A stretch of 64,000 nt of DNA from Bacillota bacterium (GTDB lineage: Bacteria; Bacillota; Sulfobacillia; JAUYEG01). The position numbers and the translations under genes are program-made. Below the pieces are notes generated by a model. The model was not told the DNA's origin. It saw only the letters and a program-made list of their open reading frames with translations, and did no database searches. Location of the stretch: assembly GCA_030691505.1 (NCBI GenBank), contig JAUYEG010000070.1, positions 23,777 to 87,776 on the forward strand, in the 5' to 3' direction. Position 1 is the first letter of the stretch. Each line of letters starts with the position of its first letter. Shown one piece after another: positions 46,091-55,347 of the stretch.

Positions 46091-47472
46091 CGGCGCGGGG
46101 CCTTGTCGCTGCTGAGGCTGCGGACGCTCTTGACCGTGTTGACCGCGTCCGTCGCCGCCTTGTCTCGGCTGCGCCGGGCGTGCTCGGCCAGCTTCCCAAT
46201 CTCCTCCTGACTAAGAGCGGTGCGGATGAAGCCAGAATCGCCGAGGGCCGCGTTGGGGTCCAGTTGAAGCGCCGCGTGCCACGATGCCGCGGCCTCTTTG
46301 TAGTCGCCCTCACGGAGTTTGACCGCGCCGGCCAGGAGTTTAGGCCGCCCGCTGGCCGGGTCGAGCGCGCTGGCCTGCTCGGCTTTGGCGAGCGCCAGGG
46401 CCAGTTCGCCGCGCCGGAAGCGCAGCTGTCCAAGCTGCACATGGATGTCCGCGCTGGCCGGGTCGAGCTCGGCCACGCGCTGCCAATCCGCCAGCGCCCC
46501 GTCAAAATCCTCACGCATGATCTTTACCGCGCCCAGGTTGACCAGCGCGCGCTTATACTCCGGATCGACCTGCAAGGCCTGTTGCCAGCGCGACATAGCC
46601 CCGTCGAGGTCACCGGTGTCGGCCAGCAGCACGCCCAGGTCAAAAATGGCGTCAGTTTGCTTGGGATCGAGCTCAAGGGACTTCTCCCAGGCGGACCTGG
46701 CCTTGTCCGTCTCGCCCTGCAGGGCGTAGGCCTCGCCGAGGTTGACGTATGTGCGGGGGTCGCCCGGCTCCAGCTCCGCGCAACGCTCGAGCTCCTTGGC
46801 AGCCTCAGGCAGACGCCTGAGGCCCAAAAAAGCCAATCCGAGGTTGTAGTGGACGGTTGGGGTATCCTCTCCTGCCTCTATCGCCCGCATGCACTGCTCA
46901 ATCGCCTTGGGGTAGTCGCGGGAGTCGAGATAGGCCCCGCCGAGGTTGGCGCGCAGCCGGCCGTTGGCGGGATCGATGCGCAACGCCTCTTGCCAGGCCT
47001 CAGCCGCCTTGTCCCGTTCGCCTTTGGCCAGGTAGACCTCGCCAAGGTAGATGTGTCCGAGCGGGTAGCGCGGCTCGGGCTGGATCTCGACATTCTTGCG
47101 CAGGTGGAACACCGCGGCGTCGAGCATGCCCTTGAGCGCGTATACCTTGCCCAGGAAATGGTGCGCCCCGGCGTGCCGCGGATTGAGCTTCACCGTTTGC
47201 TTCCACAGGTCAATTGCCTTGTCAAGGTCGAGCTTCTCGGCGTGCGCGATCCCCAGCAGGTACCACGCGCCCGGGTTGCGCGGATCCACCTGCGTCGCGG
47301 CGCCGAGGTTTTCTATCGCCGCGTCGAAATCCCGCAGCTCAAGAAAGGCCACCCCGAGATCGTGCCGGGCGGCGAAGTTGCGCGGATTTTTCTTCAGGTC
47401 AGCCTGGCACTTGGCGATGATCTTTTCGAGTTCCTCACGTGGCATGTGCATCGGGGGCTGCCCCTCCGTCAT
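46087..47472 (-). CDS. TPR-repeat protein
   Basis: About ten tandem TPR motifs (A..Y.LG.AY...G....A...Y..AL..DP). Confidence 0.8.
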   Translation of the reverse strand: MTEGQPPMHMPREELEKIIAKCQADLKKNPRNFAARHDLGVAFLELRDFDAAIENLGAATQVDPRNPGAWYLLGIAHAEKLDLDKAIDLWKQTVKLNPRHAGAHHFLGKVYALKGMLDAAVFHLRKNVEIQPEPRYPLGHIYLGEVYLAKGERDKAAEAWQEALRIDPANGRLRANLGGAYLDSRDYPKAIEQCMRAIEAGEDTPTVHYNLGLAFLGLRRLPEAAKELERCAELEPGDPRTYVNLGEAYALQGETDKARSAWEKSLELDPKQTDAIFDLGVLLADTGDLDGAMSRWQQALQVDPEYKRALVNLGAVKIMREDFDGALADWQRVAELDPASADIHVQLGQLRFRRGELALALAKAEQASALDPASGRPKLLAGAVKLREGDYKEAAASWHAALQLDPNAALGDSGFIRTALSQEEIGKLAEHARRSRDKAATDAVNTVKSVRSLSSDKAPRR

Positions 47473-47476
47473 GCCA

Positions 47477-47713
47477 TCACCCCCGCTCTCTTTTTTCCTG
47501 TTCTAGCCTTTCCATCAACCTTTTGGTGAAGTCCTGGCGCGGAGTCAGTTGGCCGGCCTTCTGGATCTGGTTGATGGTCTGGGACAGCTCCACGAGGCGG
47601 CGCCGGCAGTGCACGCAACCGCGGATATGCTTCTCGACCATCCGCTCTTCCTCGGCGGTGACCTCGGTGTCAAGGTACGCCTGGAGCCATTGGTAGACCT
47701 CTTCGCACTTCAT
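47477..47713 (-). CDS. zinc-finger anti-sigma factor (ZAS-like)
   Basis: 78 aa, HxxxCxxC motif (HIRGCVHCRRRL), directly downstream of the ECF sigma gene. Confidence 0.65.
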   Translation of the reverse strand: MKCEEVYQWLQAYLDTEVTAEEERMVEKHIRGCVHCRRRLVELSQTINQIQKAGQLTPRQDFTKRLMERLEQEKRERG

Positions 47714-48324
47714 CTGGCCGCACTCCCCTCCACACCGGTGGCGACCGGATACAGCTTACCAAGTTTCCGGCGGAGAATCTCCCGCGCCCTGAAGAGCCGG
47801 GTCTTGACCGTGCCCTGCGGGATGCCCAGCACCCTGGCGATTTCGTCGTAAGACAGGTCCTGCAGGTGGCGCAGGACCACCACCACCTTGTACTTGGGCG
47901 GCAAACCGTTGATGGCCTCTTGCGTGTCGGCCCTCATCTCGCTGAGCTCGTAAATCTTTTCCGGTGCATGGCTCCAATCGGCGACCTGCTGCGGGATGTC
48001 CCCGTCGGGCCCGACGGGTGCATCGAGCGAAGCGACCGTGTGCTTCATCTTGCGAAGCCGGTCAAGACATAGATTTGTGGCAATCCGGTAGATCCAGGGC
48101 GAGAACCGCTCCTCGACGCGGAACGACTCCAGTGACCGGAAGATGTGCAGAAACGTTTCCTGTGCGATGTCTTCCGCCTCTTCGCGGCTGCCGAACATGC
48201 GGTAGGCCAGGTTGTAGATGCGATCCTTGTAACGCAAAACAATCTCGGCGAATGCCTCGGTTTCCCCCCGGCGGCCCGCGCGCACCAGTTCTTCATCCGT
48301 GACCTGCCGCCGGCCCGACCGCAC
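47710..48324 (-). CDS. ECF-type RNA polymerase sigma-70 factor
   Basis: Region 2 (YNLAYRMFGSREEAEDIAQETFL) and region 4 (LSYDEIARVLGIPQGTVKTRL). Confidence 0.85.
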   Translation of the reverse strand: MRSGRRQVTDEELVRAGRRGETEAFAEIVLRYKDRIYNLAYRMFGSREEAEDIAQETFLHIFRSLESFRVEERFSPWIYRIATNLCLDRLRKMKHTVASLDAPVGPDGDIPQQVADWSHAPEKIYELSEMRADTQEAINGLPPKYKVVVVLRHLQDLSYDEIARVLGIPQGTVKTRLFRAREILRRKLGKLYPVATGVEGSAAR

Positions 48325-48326
48325 AG

Positions 48327-48599
48327 CTAGAACCTTCCCGACACAAGCAAAATCCCGATCAGGATAAACAACACCCCGGCGCCGCCCCGGATGAGATGCG
48401 GCGGGGCGTACCGGCTTATCACGCCGCCAAGCAAAACACCGAGCAGTGAGGCGAGCACGAGGGCGGCCGCGGCGCCGACAAAGACGGAGCCGGGCGCCCT
48501 GCTATCGGCCGACAATGCCATGGTGGTCAGTTGCGTCTTGTCGCCAAGCTCGGCCAGGAAGACCAGGCCGAACGTGGTCCACAGAATCCGCCAGTTCAA
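48327..48599 (-). CDS. UPF0016/GDT1-family (TMEM165-like) half-size cation transporter
   Basis: ELGDKTQ signature (E-x-G-D-K-T), 3 TM, 90 aa. Confidence 0.6.
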   Translation of the reverse strand: MNWRILWTTFGLVFLAELGDKTQLTTMALSADSRAPGSVFVGAAAALVLASLLGVLLGGVISRYAPPHLIRGGAGVLFILIGILLVSGRF

Positions 48600-48658
48600 G
48601 GTGCGTTCCCTCCGGGAGATTAGCTGGCGCCATCTGGAGGTGATGCGGAGCCGCTCTC

Positions 48659-49753
48659 TCAGTTTACCACATCGCCGCGGGACATGGCCTGTGGCTCAAC
48701 TGCCCTCACGATTCGGCGCCCGCAGGAGGCGCAGGCCCCCTCCCGCAGCCCCTCCATGGAGACCCCGTAGCCGTCGCGGCGGATGACCGCAGCCCCGCAG
48801 CCCGGGCAGATCGTGTCCGCCGCCTCCACCTCGAACGCGTTGCCGATGTACACATACTGGAGGTGCCGTCGGGCGATGTCCCGGGCCCGCTGGAGCGACG
48901 CCGCCGGGGTCGGGCCCGGCTCGCGCATACGGTAGTTGGGGAAATACCGCGAGAAGTGCAGGGGGATGCCGGGGTTCACCCCCGCCAACCAGCTCGCAAG
49001 CCGCTCGACCTCCTCGGGCGCGTCGTTGAGCCCCGGCACCAGCAGCGTGGTGACCTCGACGTGCGTGCCGGCGGCGTTGGCCATCTCGACGGTCCGGAGC
49101 ACCGGAGCCAGCTGGCCCCGGCAGATATCGCGGTAGAAATCGTCCGTGAAGGCCTTGACGTCCACGTTCATGGCGTCAACCAGCGGCAGTAGCGCCCGGA
49201 GAGGCTCCTCGGCCACGTAGCCGTTGGTCACCAGGACATTGGCCAGGCCGCTTTGGCGCACCAGCAGGGCCGTGTCGTACACGTACTCCCACCATACCAG
49301 GGGCTCGGAGTAGGTGTAGGCAAGTCCAACGGAGCGGCGGCAGCCGCCTGCCTCGATCCCGGCCAACCTGGCCGCGTCGTGGGGGGACAGGTACTCGGTT
49401 TCGGCCTCCTCCTGGGAGATTTGCCAGTTCTGGCAGAAACCGCAGGCAAGGTTGCATCCCACGGTGCCCACCGAAAAGATGACGCTTCCCGGCATGAAGT
49501 GGTAAAGCGGCTTCTTCTCGATCGGGTCAAGGCCGTGGGCCGAGATGCGGCCATAGCTGGTAGCGTGCAGCTGCCCTGCGAAGTTGCGGCGATACCGGCA
49601 CTTGCCGCGGCCGCCCGGGCGGATGTGGCACTCCTGTGGGCACAGCAGGCACAGGACCCCGCCCCGGTCCCCCTCCTCTCCCTCCAGCGGCCGCCACCAC
49701 CGGGCGACGGGGCTCCGCGAGTCATGGCCCTTGTCTCCTGCCGCTCCGGTCAA
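48659..49753 (-). CDS. AmmeMemoRadiSam-system radical SAM enzyme (PflA-like)
   Basis: CLLCPQEC N-terminal cysteine knot plus [11 protein letters not shown] radical-SAM CxxxCxxC; the TTG start overlaps the upstream gene stop (TTGA) and has a GAGGTGGTGAGG RBS. Confidence 0.75.
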   Translation of the reverse strand: MTGAAGDKGHDSRSPVARWWRPLEGEEGDRGGVLCLLCPQECHIRPGGRGKCRYRRNFAGQLHATSYGRISAHGLDPIEKKPLYHFMPGSVIFSVGTVGCNLACGFCQNWQISQEEAETEYLSPHDAARLAGIEAGGCRRSVGLAYTYSEPLVWWEYVYDTALLVRQSGLANVLVTNGYVAEEPLRALLPLVDAMNVDVKAFTDDFYRDICRGQLAPVLRTVEMANAAGTHVEVTTLLVPGLNDAPEEVERLASWLAGVNPGIPLHFSRYFPNYRMREPGPTPAASLQRARDIARRHLQYVYIGNAFEVEAADTICPGCGAAVIRRDGYGVSMEGLREGACASCGRRIVRAVEPQAMSRGDVVN

Positions 49754-51198
49754 CGATACCTCACCACCTCGAACCGGTACATGCGGATCCCCGGCTCGCG
49801 CAGCGTCAGCCCGGCTTTGCGGCACGCGATGGCAACCTGCTGGGCCGGCGTGTCGACCCCTTCGAGGTCCGGCAGCAGGAGCCCCCGGCGGGTCTCTTTC
49901 TCAACTATGACCCCGTACCGCTTCGGGTCGAGGTCCAGGAACCCCGAAACGGGCTCCGCCGGCCCGAGCACGTCTACGGAGATCTCCAGCGCGGCGAGCT
50001 CAGCGGCGTCAACGGGATCAAACCGCGGATCGTCGGCCGCGGCGGCAATGGCGTTGTGGATAACCTCTTCGCCAAGGGTTGGGCGCGTTGGGGCGATGGT
50101 CCCGATGCACCCGCGCAGCTCCCCGCGTTTCCTAAGCGACACAAACGCGCCTGCGCGTTCGGGCAGGGACGCCTCGGGCGCAACTCCGGCCGGCGGCTCC
50201 ACCACGCGGCCCTCGCGGACGTAGGCATCAATAGCAGATCGCGCCAGCTCAACCAGCGGGTGGGCTTTGGCCCCGGCGGACGCCACGCCTGCTGTGCCGT
50301 CGCTTGCGTCAGGTAGGCCTTCCCCACGCGCACCGGCCGCGCCGTCCGCCCCCCCGGAGCCGTCCGGGCGGCGGAAAGCGACGACGGCATAGCCGACACC
50401 AAACGGCCCCTCATACGAGAGGACCTGGGGTTGGAGGCCCGCCTCGACGACGCCGCCGAGCATGATGAGCAGCGGGCGCAGACCGCACTCCCCGGCCCGC
50501 CTTATCAGCTCACGGTCCATGTCGAGCAGCTTCGAAGCGTCGCCAGCGGCCAGCGCGTCGACGACCGTGCGATCGAAGACGCCCGCCTTTTCGTCGAAAC
50601 CCGCCGGAGCGCCGGGCTTCAGGCGATGCGAGAGATCACCGCTGGCGACCAGCGCGACCAGCCTGCCGGAGCGGGCGGCGGCGGCGGCGATGGACTGCCC
50701 AAAGCGATAGCAGGTCCGGTAGTCAAGGACCGCCATGCTGAGCGGGACCACCCGGCCGGAATACCCTGCCGCGTGCAGGTAGTAGAGCGGGACGAGAGTG
50801 GCGTAGTCCAGTACACCCTGCCACTTCGCGCTGCCCCCAGCCCCCCCGACTTCCGCCACCTCGAGCCCCGCCTCCCCCGCGGCGAGCTTGATGTCGCGAA
50901 GGAGCCCAACGTCGCCCTGCCACCTTAGCCTGACCTGAGGCGCCCCGAAGTCCGCGAAATCGCCCTCTAAAGTGGCGCCGCCGACCGCTGCGAACGCCCG
51001 GCTCATCACAGGACCGTGCGGGCCGACGATGATAACGGTCTGCGGGGCAGCCCGCACAAGCTCAGCCGCAAACCGGCGCATGCCCTCAACCGTCCGGGCG
51101 GCGCGCCCGATATCCCCCCCGCCGACCTCAGGGATGATGATCGGGGGGTGCGGGACAAGCCCGCCGAATACCAGCCCCCGCTGATGTGCAGTCAACAA
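49750..51198 (-). CDS. LigB/Memo-superfamily (class III extradiol dioxygenase-like) domain fused to a C-terminal AMMECR1 domain
   Basis: N-terminal half: [18 protein letters not shown] motifs of the LigB/Memo fold. C-terminal half: [24 protein letters not shown]1 signature. TTG start after GGAGGGGG chosen. The ORF-track 5' extension overlaps the neighbouring gene. Confidence 0.7.
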   Translation of the reverse strand: MLTAHQRGLVFGGLVPHPPIIIPEVGGGDIGRAARTVEGMRRFAAELVRAAPQTVIIVGPHGPVMSRAFAAVGGATLEGDFADFGAPQVRLRWQGDVGLLRDIKLAAGEAGLEVAEVGGAGGSAKWQGVLDYATLVPLYYLHAAGYSGRVVPLSMAVLDYRTCYRFGQSIAAAAARSGRLVALVASGDLSHRLKPGAPAGFDEKAGVFDRTVVDALAAGDASKLLDMDRELIRRAGECGLRPLLIMLGGVVEAGLQPQVLSYEGPFGVGYAVVAFRRPDGSGGADGAAGARGEGLPDASDGTAGVASAGAKAHPLVELARSAIDAYVREGRVVEPPAGVAPEASLPERAGAFVSLRKRGELRGCIGTIAPTRPTLGEEVIHNAIAAAADDPRFDPVDAAELAALEISVDVLGPAEPVSGFLDLDPKRYGVIVEKETRRGLLLPDLEGVDTPAQQVAIACRKAGLTLREPGIRMYRFEVVRYR

Positions 51199-51305
51199 TG
51201 CCAGCCCCCTCCAGAGCACGTGCCGAACATGTCGGCAATTCGGGATCAAGGCCAAAACTTTCCTGCACACGAGTTTTCCCGCGGGCCGTTGGTTTGATGT
51301 CGCGG

Positions 51306-52055
51306 CTATTGCGGCCGCCAAGCGGGCTGAGGGGCGTGCCTGAAGTACTTCGCCAACCCGCGGCACAGCGCCCAGGCGATGGCCCGCTGCCCGTCCGGCG
51401 TGACCATCAGCGAGAGATCCTGCGGGTTGGTCATGAATCCTATTTCCGCGCATGCCGCGGGAACCGTGAGGTTCTTGAGGATGTACTGGCGCTGGTCCAC
51501 AACCATCACACGGTTGGTCCCGAATGACGCCGACAGTTCCTCCTGGAGGAAAGAGGCCAGCACCCGGTTGGACGGGTCCACGACGTTGTTGTAGAAAACC
51601 TGCGGCCCCCGCCACTTGGGCGCTGGAAAGCTGTTGGCGTGGATGCTCAGATACACGTCGGGCATGACCTCGCCCGCCATCTGCAGGCGGCGCGATAGGT
51701 CCGTGAGCTTCATCTTCCCCGGAATGGGCTCCGACAGGTCGACGTCCGTCTCGCGGACCATCACTACGACCGCTCCCGCTTCCTGGAGCAGTTCACGCAG
51801 CGTCAAGGCGACGGCGAGAACGACGTCCTTCTCCTCATGCCCACCGGCGGCCGCGCCGGGGTCGCGGCCCCCATGCCCGGGGTCCAGCATGACGAGCTTG
51901 CCGGCAAGCCCGGCGGCAGGTTGGACCAGCGGGCCGGGGGCCGGGTCGCCGCCCAACACCGCACTCACAAGTTTGGGCGCAGCCCAGTATGCCGTCAGCA
52001 CTGCACACAGCAGTGCCAGAAGCTTTGTTCGACGCGCGGTGAATACTCGACGCAT
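51306..52055 (-). CDS. cwlD: germination-specific N-acetylmuramoyl-L-alanine amidase (Amidase_3)
   Basis: Signal anchor plus [13 protein letters not shown]...SIHANS motifs; ~240 aa; the conserved position near rplM-rpsI, as in Bacillus, supports cwlD. Confidence 0.75.
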   Translation of the reverse strand: MRRVFTARRTKLLALLCAVLTAYWAAPKLVSAVLGGDPAPGPLVQPAAGLAGKLVMLDPGHGGRDPGAAAGGHEEKDVVLAVALTLRELLQEAGAVVVMVRETDVDLSEPIPGKMKLTDLSRRLQMAGEVMPDVYLSIHANSFPAPKWRGPQVFYNNVVDPSNRVLASFLQEELSASFGTNRVMVVDQRQYILKNLTVPAACAEIGFMTNPQDLSLMVTPDGQRAIAWALCRGLAKYFRHAPQPAWRPQ

Positions 52056-52148
52056 GCTAATCCGTATGTATCACCAGACTGACGCAGACCCGGCTGCCGC
52101 GATTGGCCACGCAAGCCTCTGAGCGGCCCTGCCGGTGCGCGCAGAGGC

Positions 52149-53597
52149 TTGGACGAAGGGGGACCCCCACTGGCCGAGCAAGCCGCAACTGACGGTCCGG
52201 TTGGGGACCGGATTCGCCGGCGCCGCCGTGAGCTAGGCATGACCCAGACCCAGCTCGCGGGAAATCGCTATTCCAAGAGCTACGTAAGCATCATCGAATC
52301 CGGCCGGGCAAGGCCGTCGGCCCAGGCGCTCGATTTCTTCGCCGCGCAACTGGACAAACCGGTCGAGTATTTTCGCCGTGACCAATCCACCCAGGCGTCG
52401 ACCCTGCGCTCTCTCCTCGCCGCGGCGCAGGCGTGCATCCGGCGGCGTGACTTCGCGGCAGCCGAGGAGAGACTGCGCCAGACGGCCGTGCTGGCCATGG
52501 CCCTCGACGATCCGGCGCATCTCGGTCGGGTCCACGACATTGCCGGCCACCTGTTCGTTGCGACCGGGGATCTACAGTCCGCGATCATGGCCTTCCGCGA
52601 AGCGATCACGGTCTACGCCGCCGCCGGGGCAATGGATTCAGTCGCGGCGGCCCGGTGCTCGCTGGCCAACGCCTTTTTCTTGAGCGGCGACATGAAGGCG
52701 GCGCTGGCCGAGACCAAGGCCGCCCAGGACGTCTACGCCGGTCTTGAGCCCAACCACCTGGTCCTCGGTCGCAGCTACCTTCTGGGAGGCAACGTCGCCA
52801 GCGCGACCGGCTGTCATGAAGCCGCAAGGCGTTGCTTTGAACAGGCCCTGTCCCTCATGGCCGGACGCGACGTGCTGGGCCTTGGCGAGACCCACGCCGC
52901 GCTCGGTTTTCACGCCCTCCGCCGCGGCGAGTGGGAAGAAGCCCGGGGCGGCTTCCAGGAGGCACTAAGAATCCTTGAGGGAGTCGGCGACTTCCACTTC
53001 CTGTCCGTCATCACAAGACACCTGTCTGAGGCTCTTTTCCGCTGCGGGGACCTGCAGCACGCGGCGGACATGACGCGGCGTTCCGGCAGCCTGAGCGCAT
53101 CGATCGGCGATCAGCACGGGGTCGTATGGGCCACGGTGCGTCTGGCCGAGCTGTCCTTGCCTGCCGGCGACCTGCCCACGGCGCGGGCCGCCGTCGCGGA
53201 GGCTCGCAACCTGCTGAAACAGCCCGCCCAAGCGAGCGAAGGATCGGGGCCGGAGTCGGAGGTGGAGGCGGAGGCGACGCAGAGGCTGCTGGGGGCAAGA
53301 GTGTGCCGCGCCGCGGCAGGCCTTTCGCACAGGGATGGCGATGTGGACTCGGCGATGCGTCACCTGCGGACCGCAATCGACCTTCTGGCGGGATGGCAAG
53401 CCGGCGTGGGCATGCACATTGGGCTGTGCCGGCAGCTGGCAGCCCTTCTGTGGGGGGCTGGACGGCACGATGACGCGGTCTTGTACTACGAACTCGGGCT
53501 GACGACCGCGGAGAACGCACAGCCTCGGGAGGCAGCAGGGCCGGACCCGGTGCGCGAACTGGCCCGGATGCCGTCGCCGCTGTGGTTTAGGAGCTAG
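52149..53597 (+). CDS. XRE-family HTH + TPR-like domain transcriptional regulator
   Basis: N-terminal HTH (RRRRELGMTQTQLAGNRYSKSYVSIIESG) followed by ~400 aa of alpha-helical TPR-like repeats. Confidence 0.75.
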   Translation: MDEGGPPLAEQAATDGPVGDRIRRRRRELGMTQTQLAGNRYSKSYVSIIESGRARPSAQALDFFAAQLDKPVEYFRRDQSTQASTLRSLLAAAQACIRRRDFAAAEERLRQTAVLAMALDDPAHLGRVHDIAGHLFVATGDLQSAIMAFREAITVYAAAGAMDSVAAARCSLANAFFLSGDMKAALAETKAAQDVYAGLEPNHLVLGRSYLLGGNVASATGCHEAARRCFEQALSLMAGRDVLGLGETHAALGFHALRRGEWEEARGGFQEALRILEGVGDFHFLSVITRHLSEALFRCGDLQHAADMTRRSGSLSASIGDQHGVVWATVRLAELSLPAGDLPTARAAVAEARNLLKQPAQASEGSGPESEVEAEATQRLLGARVCRAAAGLSHRDGDVDSAMRHLRTAIDLLAGWQAGVGMHIGLCRQLAALLWGAGRHDDAVLYYELGLTTAENAQPREAAGPDPVRELARMPSPLWFRS

Positions 53598-53720
53598 TCG
53601 GTGCTCCCCGCGGGGGACGCGCCGCCGGAACCGCGGCCGGCGTCCAACCTGCCTGGAATAGCGCAGGTGTTAAGCCGGACCTGCGGGTTTTAAGGGCAGG
53701 TTCCGTGGCGGCATAGCACC

Positions 53721-53752
53721 AAACAAACGGCGGCCCCGTCGCTGGGACGGGG
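53721..53752 (-). terminator. rho-independent terminator of the rplM-rpsI operon
   Basis: On the minus strand: CCCCGTC-ccagc-GACGGGG followed by CCGCCGTTTGTTTGG. Confidence 0.6.
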
Positions 53753-53822
53753 TCGCCGTAGCTGTACGCGTGCCGCTGACCTGCTCCCGGCGATTGCGCC
53801 GGGCTCGAGGCTCCAGCTCTCT

Positions 53823-54218
53823 CTAGCGCTTCGAGAACTGAGGCGCCTTGCGGGCCTTCTTGAGTCCGTACTTGCGCCGCTCCTTTACCCGAGGGTCTCG
53901 GGTGAGCAGTCCAGCCTTCTTGAGCACGTGTCTGAACTCACCGTCGGCGCGTGTCAGTGCCCGCGATATTCCGTGCCTGACCGCACCCGCCTGCCCATGA
54001 AGGCCGCCGCCGTGGACCTTAGCCGCGACGCCGAAGCGGCCCTCGGTTTCCGTCAGCCGGAACGGCAGCGAGAGTTGTGACATCATCGACTCTCCCGGGA
54101 AGTAGACCTCCGCGGGCTTCCCGTTGACCTGCATCTCGCCGAGGCCACCGGGGATCAACCTCACGCGCGCGACAGCCGTCTTGCGCCTGCCGGTCGCGCT
54201 CACATCTGGCTCCGCCAA
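53823..54218 (-). CDS. rpsI: 30S ribosomal protein S9
   Basis: [10 protein letters not shown]...[19 protein letters not shown]...[15 protein letters not shown]. Confidence 0.95.
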   Translation of the reverse strand: MAEPDVSATGRRKTAVARVRLIPGGLGEMQVNGKPAEVYFPGESMMSQLSLPFRLTETEGRFGVAAKVHGGGLHGQAGAVRHGISRALTRADGEFRHVLKKAGLLTRDPRVKERRKYGLKKARKAPQFSKR

Positions 54219-54243
54219 ATCCTCTGCACCTCTTTTTTGGCCC

Positions 54244-54678
54244 TTACTCCTCGATGACGAGTGCTTCCGGTCTTTGCGCCTGGTGGGGGTGCACGGGACC
54301 GCGATATACCTTTAGCTTACGGTAGAGCTTGCGGCCCAGCCTGTTGTGCGGCAACATCCCCTTGACCGCAGCCTCAACCGCCCGCTCGGGATGCGTCTTG
54401 ATCAACGTCTCAAAGGTGGTCTTCCTCAGCCCTCCGGGGTAGTTGGAGTGACGGAAGTAGAGCTTGTCCTTTGCCTTGTTGCCGGTCACCATGACCCGCT
54501 CCGCGTTGACCACGATCACGAAGTCCCCGGTATCCATATGGGGGGTGAAGATCGGTTTGTGTTTGCCCCGCAGAACCTTGGCTACCTCACTGGCCAGGCG
54601 CCCGAGTACCTTGCCGTCGGCGTCGACCACGAACCATTTCCGATTGATATCCTGTGGTTTGGCCGTATAGGTCGACAA
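54244..54678 (-). CDS. rplM: 50S ribosomal protein L13
   Basis: [19 protein letters not shown]...; TTG start with GAGGAGG 9 nt upstream. The ORF-track N-extension is not L13-like. Confidence 0.9.
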   Translation of the reverse strand: MSTYTAKPQDINRKWFVVDADGKVLGRLASEVAKVLRGKHKPIFTPHMDTGDFVIVVNAERVMVTGNKAKDKLYFRHSNYPGGLRKTTFETLIKTHPERAVEAAVKGMLPHNRLGRKLYRKLKVYRGPVHPHQAQRPEALVIEE

Positions 54679-54739
54679 TTGGACTATCCTCCTCGCGCGC
54701 ACGACATGCCCTTTTCCTGGCCTGAAGACATACGCATAT

Positions 54740-54768
54740 ATCTTAGGACACGGTGCCAAGCGTGTCAA
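54740..54768 (-). promoter_or_regulatory. sigma-A promoter of rplM-rpsI (TTGACA-17 nt-TAAGAT on the minus strand)
   Basis: rc of 54763-54768 is TTGACA and rc of 54740-54745 is TAAGAT, with a 17-nt spacer, about 55 nt upstream of rplM. Confidence 0.55.
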
Positions 54769-54850
54769 TCAAACCAGGCCTGACATCAAACCAGGCTGAC
54801 ATCGACCGGCTCAACACCAACCCGGCTTGACATCACTGGCCACAACCGCT
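54769..54850. repeat. three imperfect direct repeats (GATGTCA[A/G]GCC[T]GGTTTGA) immediately upstream of the rplM promoter
   Basis: tcaaaccaggcctgacatc / aaaccaggctgacatc / caacccggcttgacatc in tandem. Confidence 0.4.
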
Positions 54851-54882
54851 AAAGCGAAACATACCAGTCTGCAATGCGGCAG

Positions 54883-55311
54883 TCAACTGCGGCGACCCGC
54901 GGCCGGCGCTGCCAGCGCTGCCAGCGCGGCGAGCGGCACCGGACGAACCGCCGGAGGCGAGTCAAACTCGTGCCGGGAGGTCTTGGGAGGGTATGGCTGC
55001 CGCAAGCGGCCCGCGCGGACCACATCCTCCTTGGTCACCGGAAGGTCGGGGCGCCGCGGCCTGACGTTGATGCGCGGGTCGCGGTAGTCCACGAGATACG
55101 CCGGCACTAGCTGGCAGCCCAGGCTCTTAAGCGCGGACACCCGATGATGGCCGTCGAGTATGACGAGCGACCCGCCGTCCACGATCACCGGCTCCCGCAG
55201 CTCGCCGTCCCGCTCGATCTCCGACTCCAGCGCCCGAAGCCTGGCGGGGTCAACCTCCTCATGCTCAAGAAGCCCCTCCACCTGTATCAGGCAGAATGTG
55301 AACTGCACCAC
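54883..55311 (-). CDS. ParB/Srx-fold domain protein (possible small nucleotide-dependent kinase, SerK-like?)
   Basis: PVIVDGGSLVILDGHHRVSAL is the ParB/sulfiredoxin-fold DGHHR motif; 142 aa; GTG start 36 nt after the trpB2 stop. Confidence 0.55.
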   Translation of the reverse strand: MVQFTFCLIQVEGLLEHEEVDPARLRALESEIERDGELREPVIVDGGSLVILDGHHRVSALKSLGCQLVPAYLVDYRDPRINVRPRRPDLPVTKEDVVRAGRLRQPYPPKTSRHEFDSPPAVRPVPLAALAALAAPAAGRRS

Positions 55312-55347
55312 GGCTCGCCCGCACCCCCTTCCGGCGGCTGCCCCCGG

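Noticed and set aside
46180-47529. 449-aa plus-strand ORF
   Set aside because: Antisense to the TPR-repeat gene, whose frame shows regular TPR periodicity
49750-49753. Possible frameshift or pseudogene at the radical SAM 5' end
   Set aside because: The lack of ATG/GTG near the expected N-terminus first suggested a disrupted gene. A TTG overlapping the upstream stop (TTGA) with a good RBS gives a normal-length N-terminus ~25 residues before the first Cys
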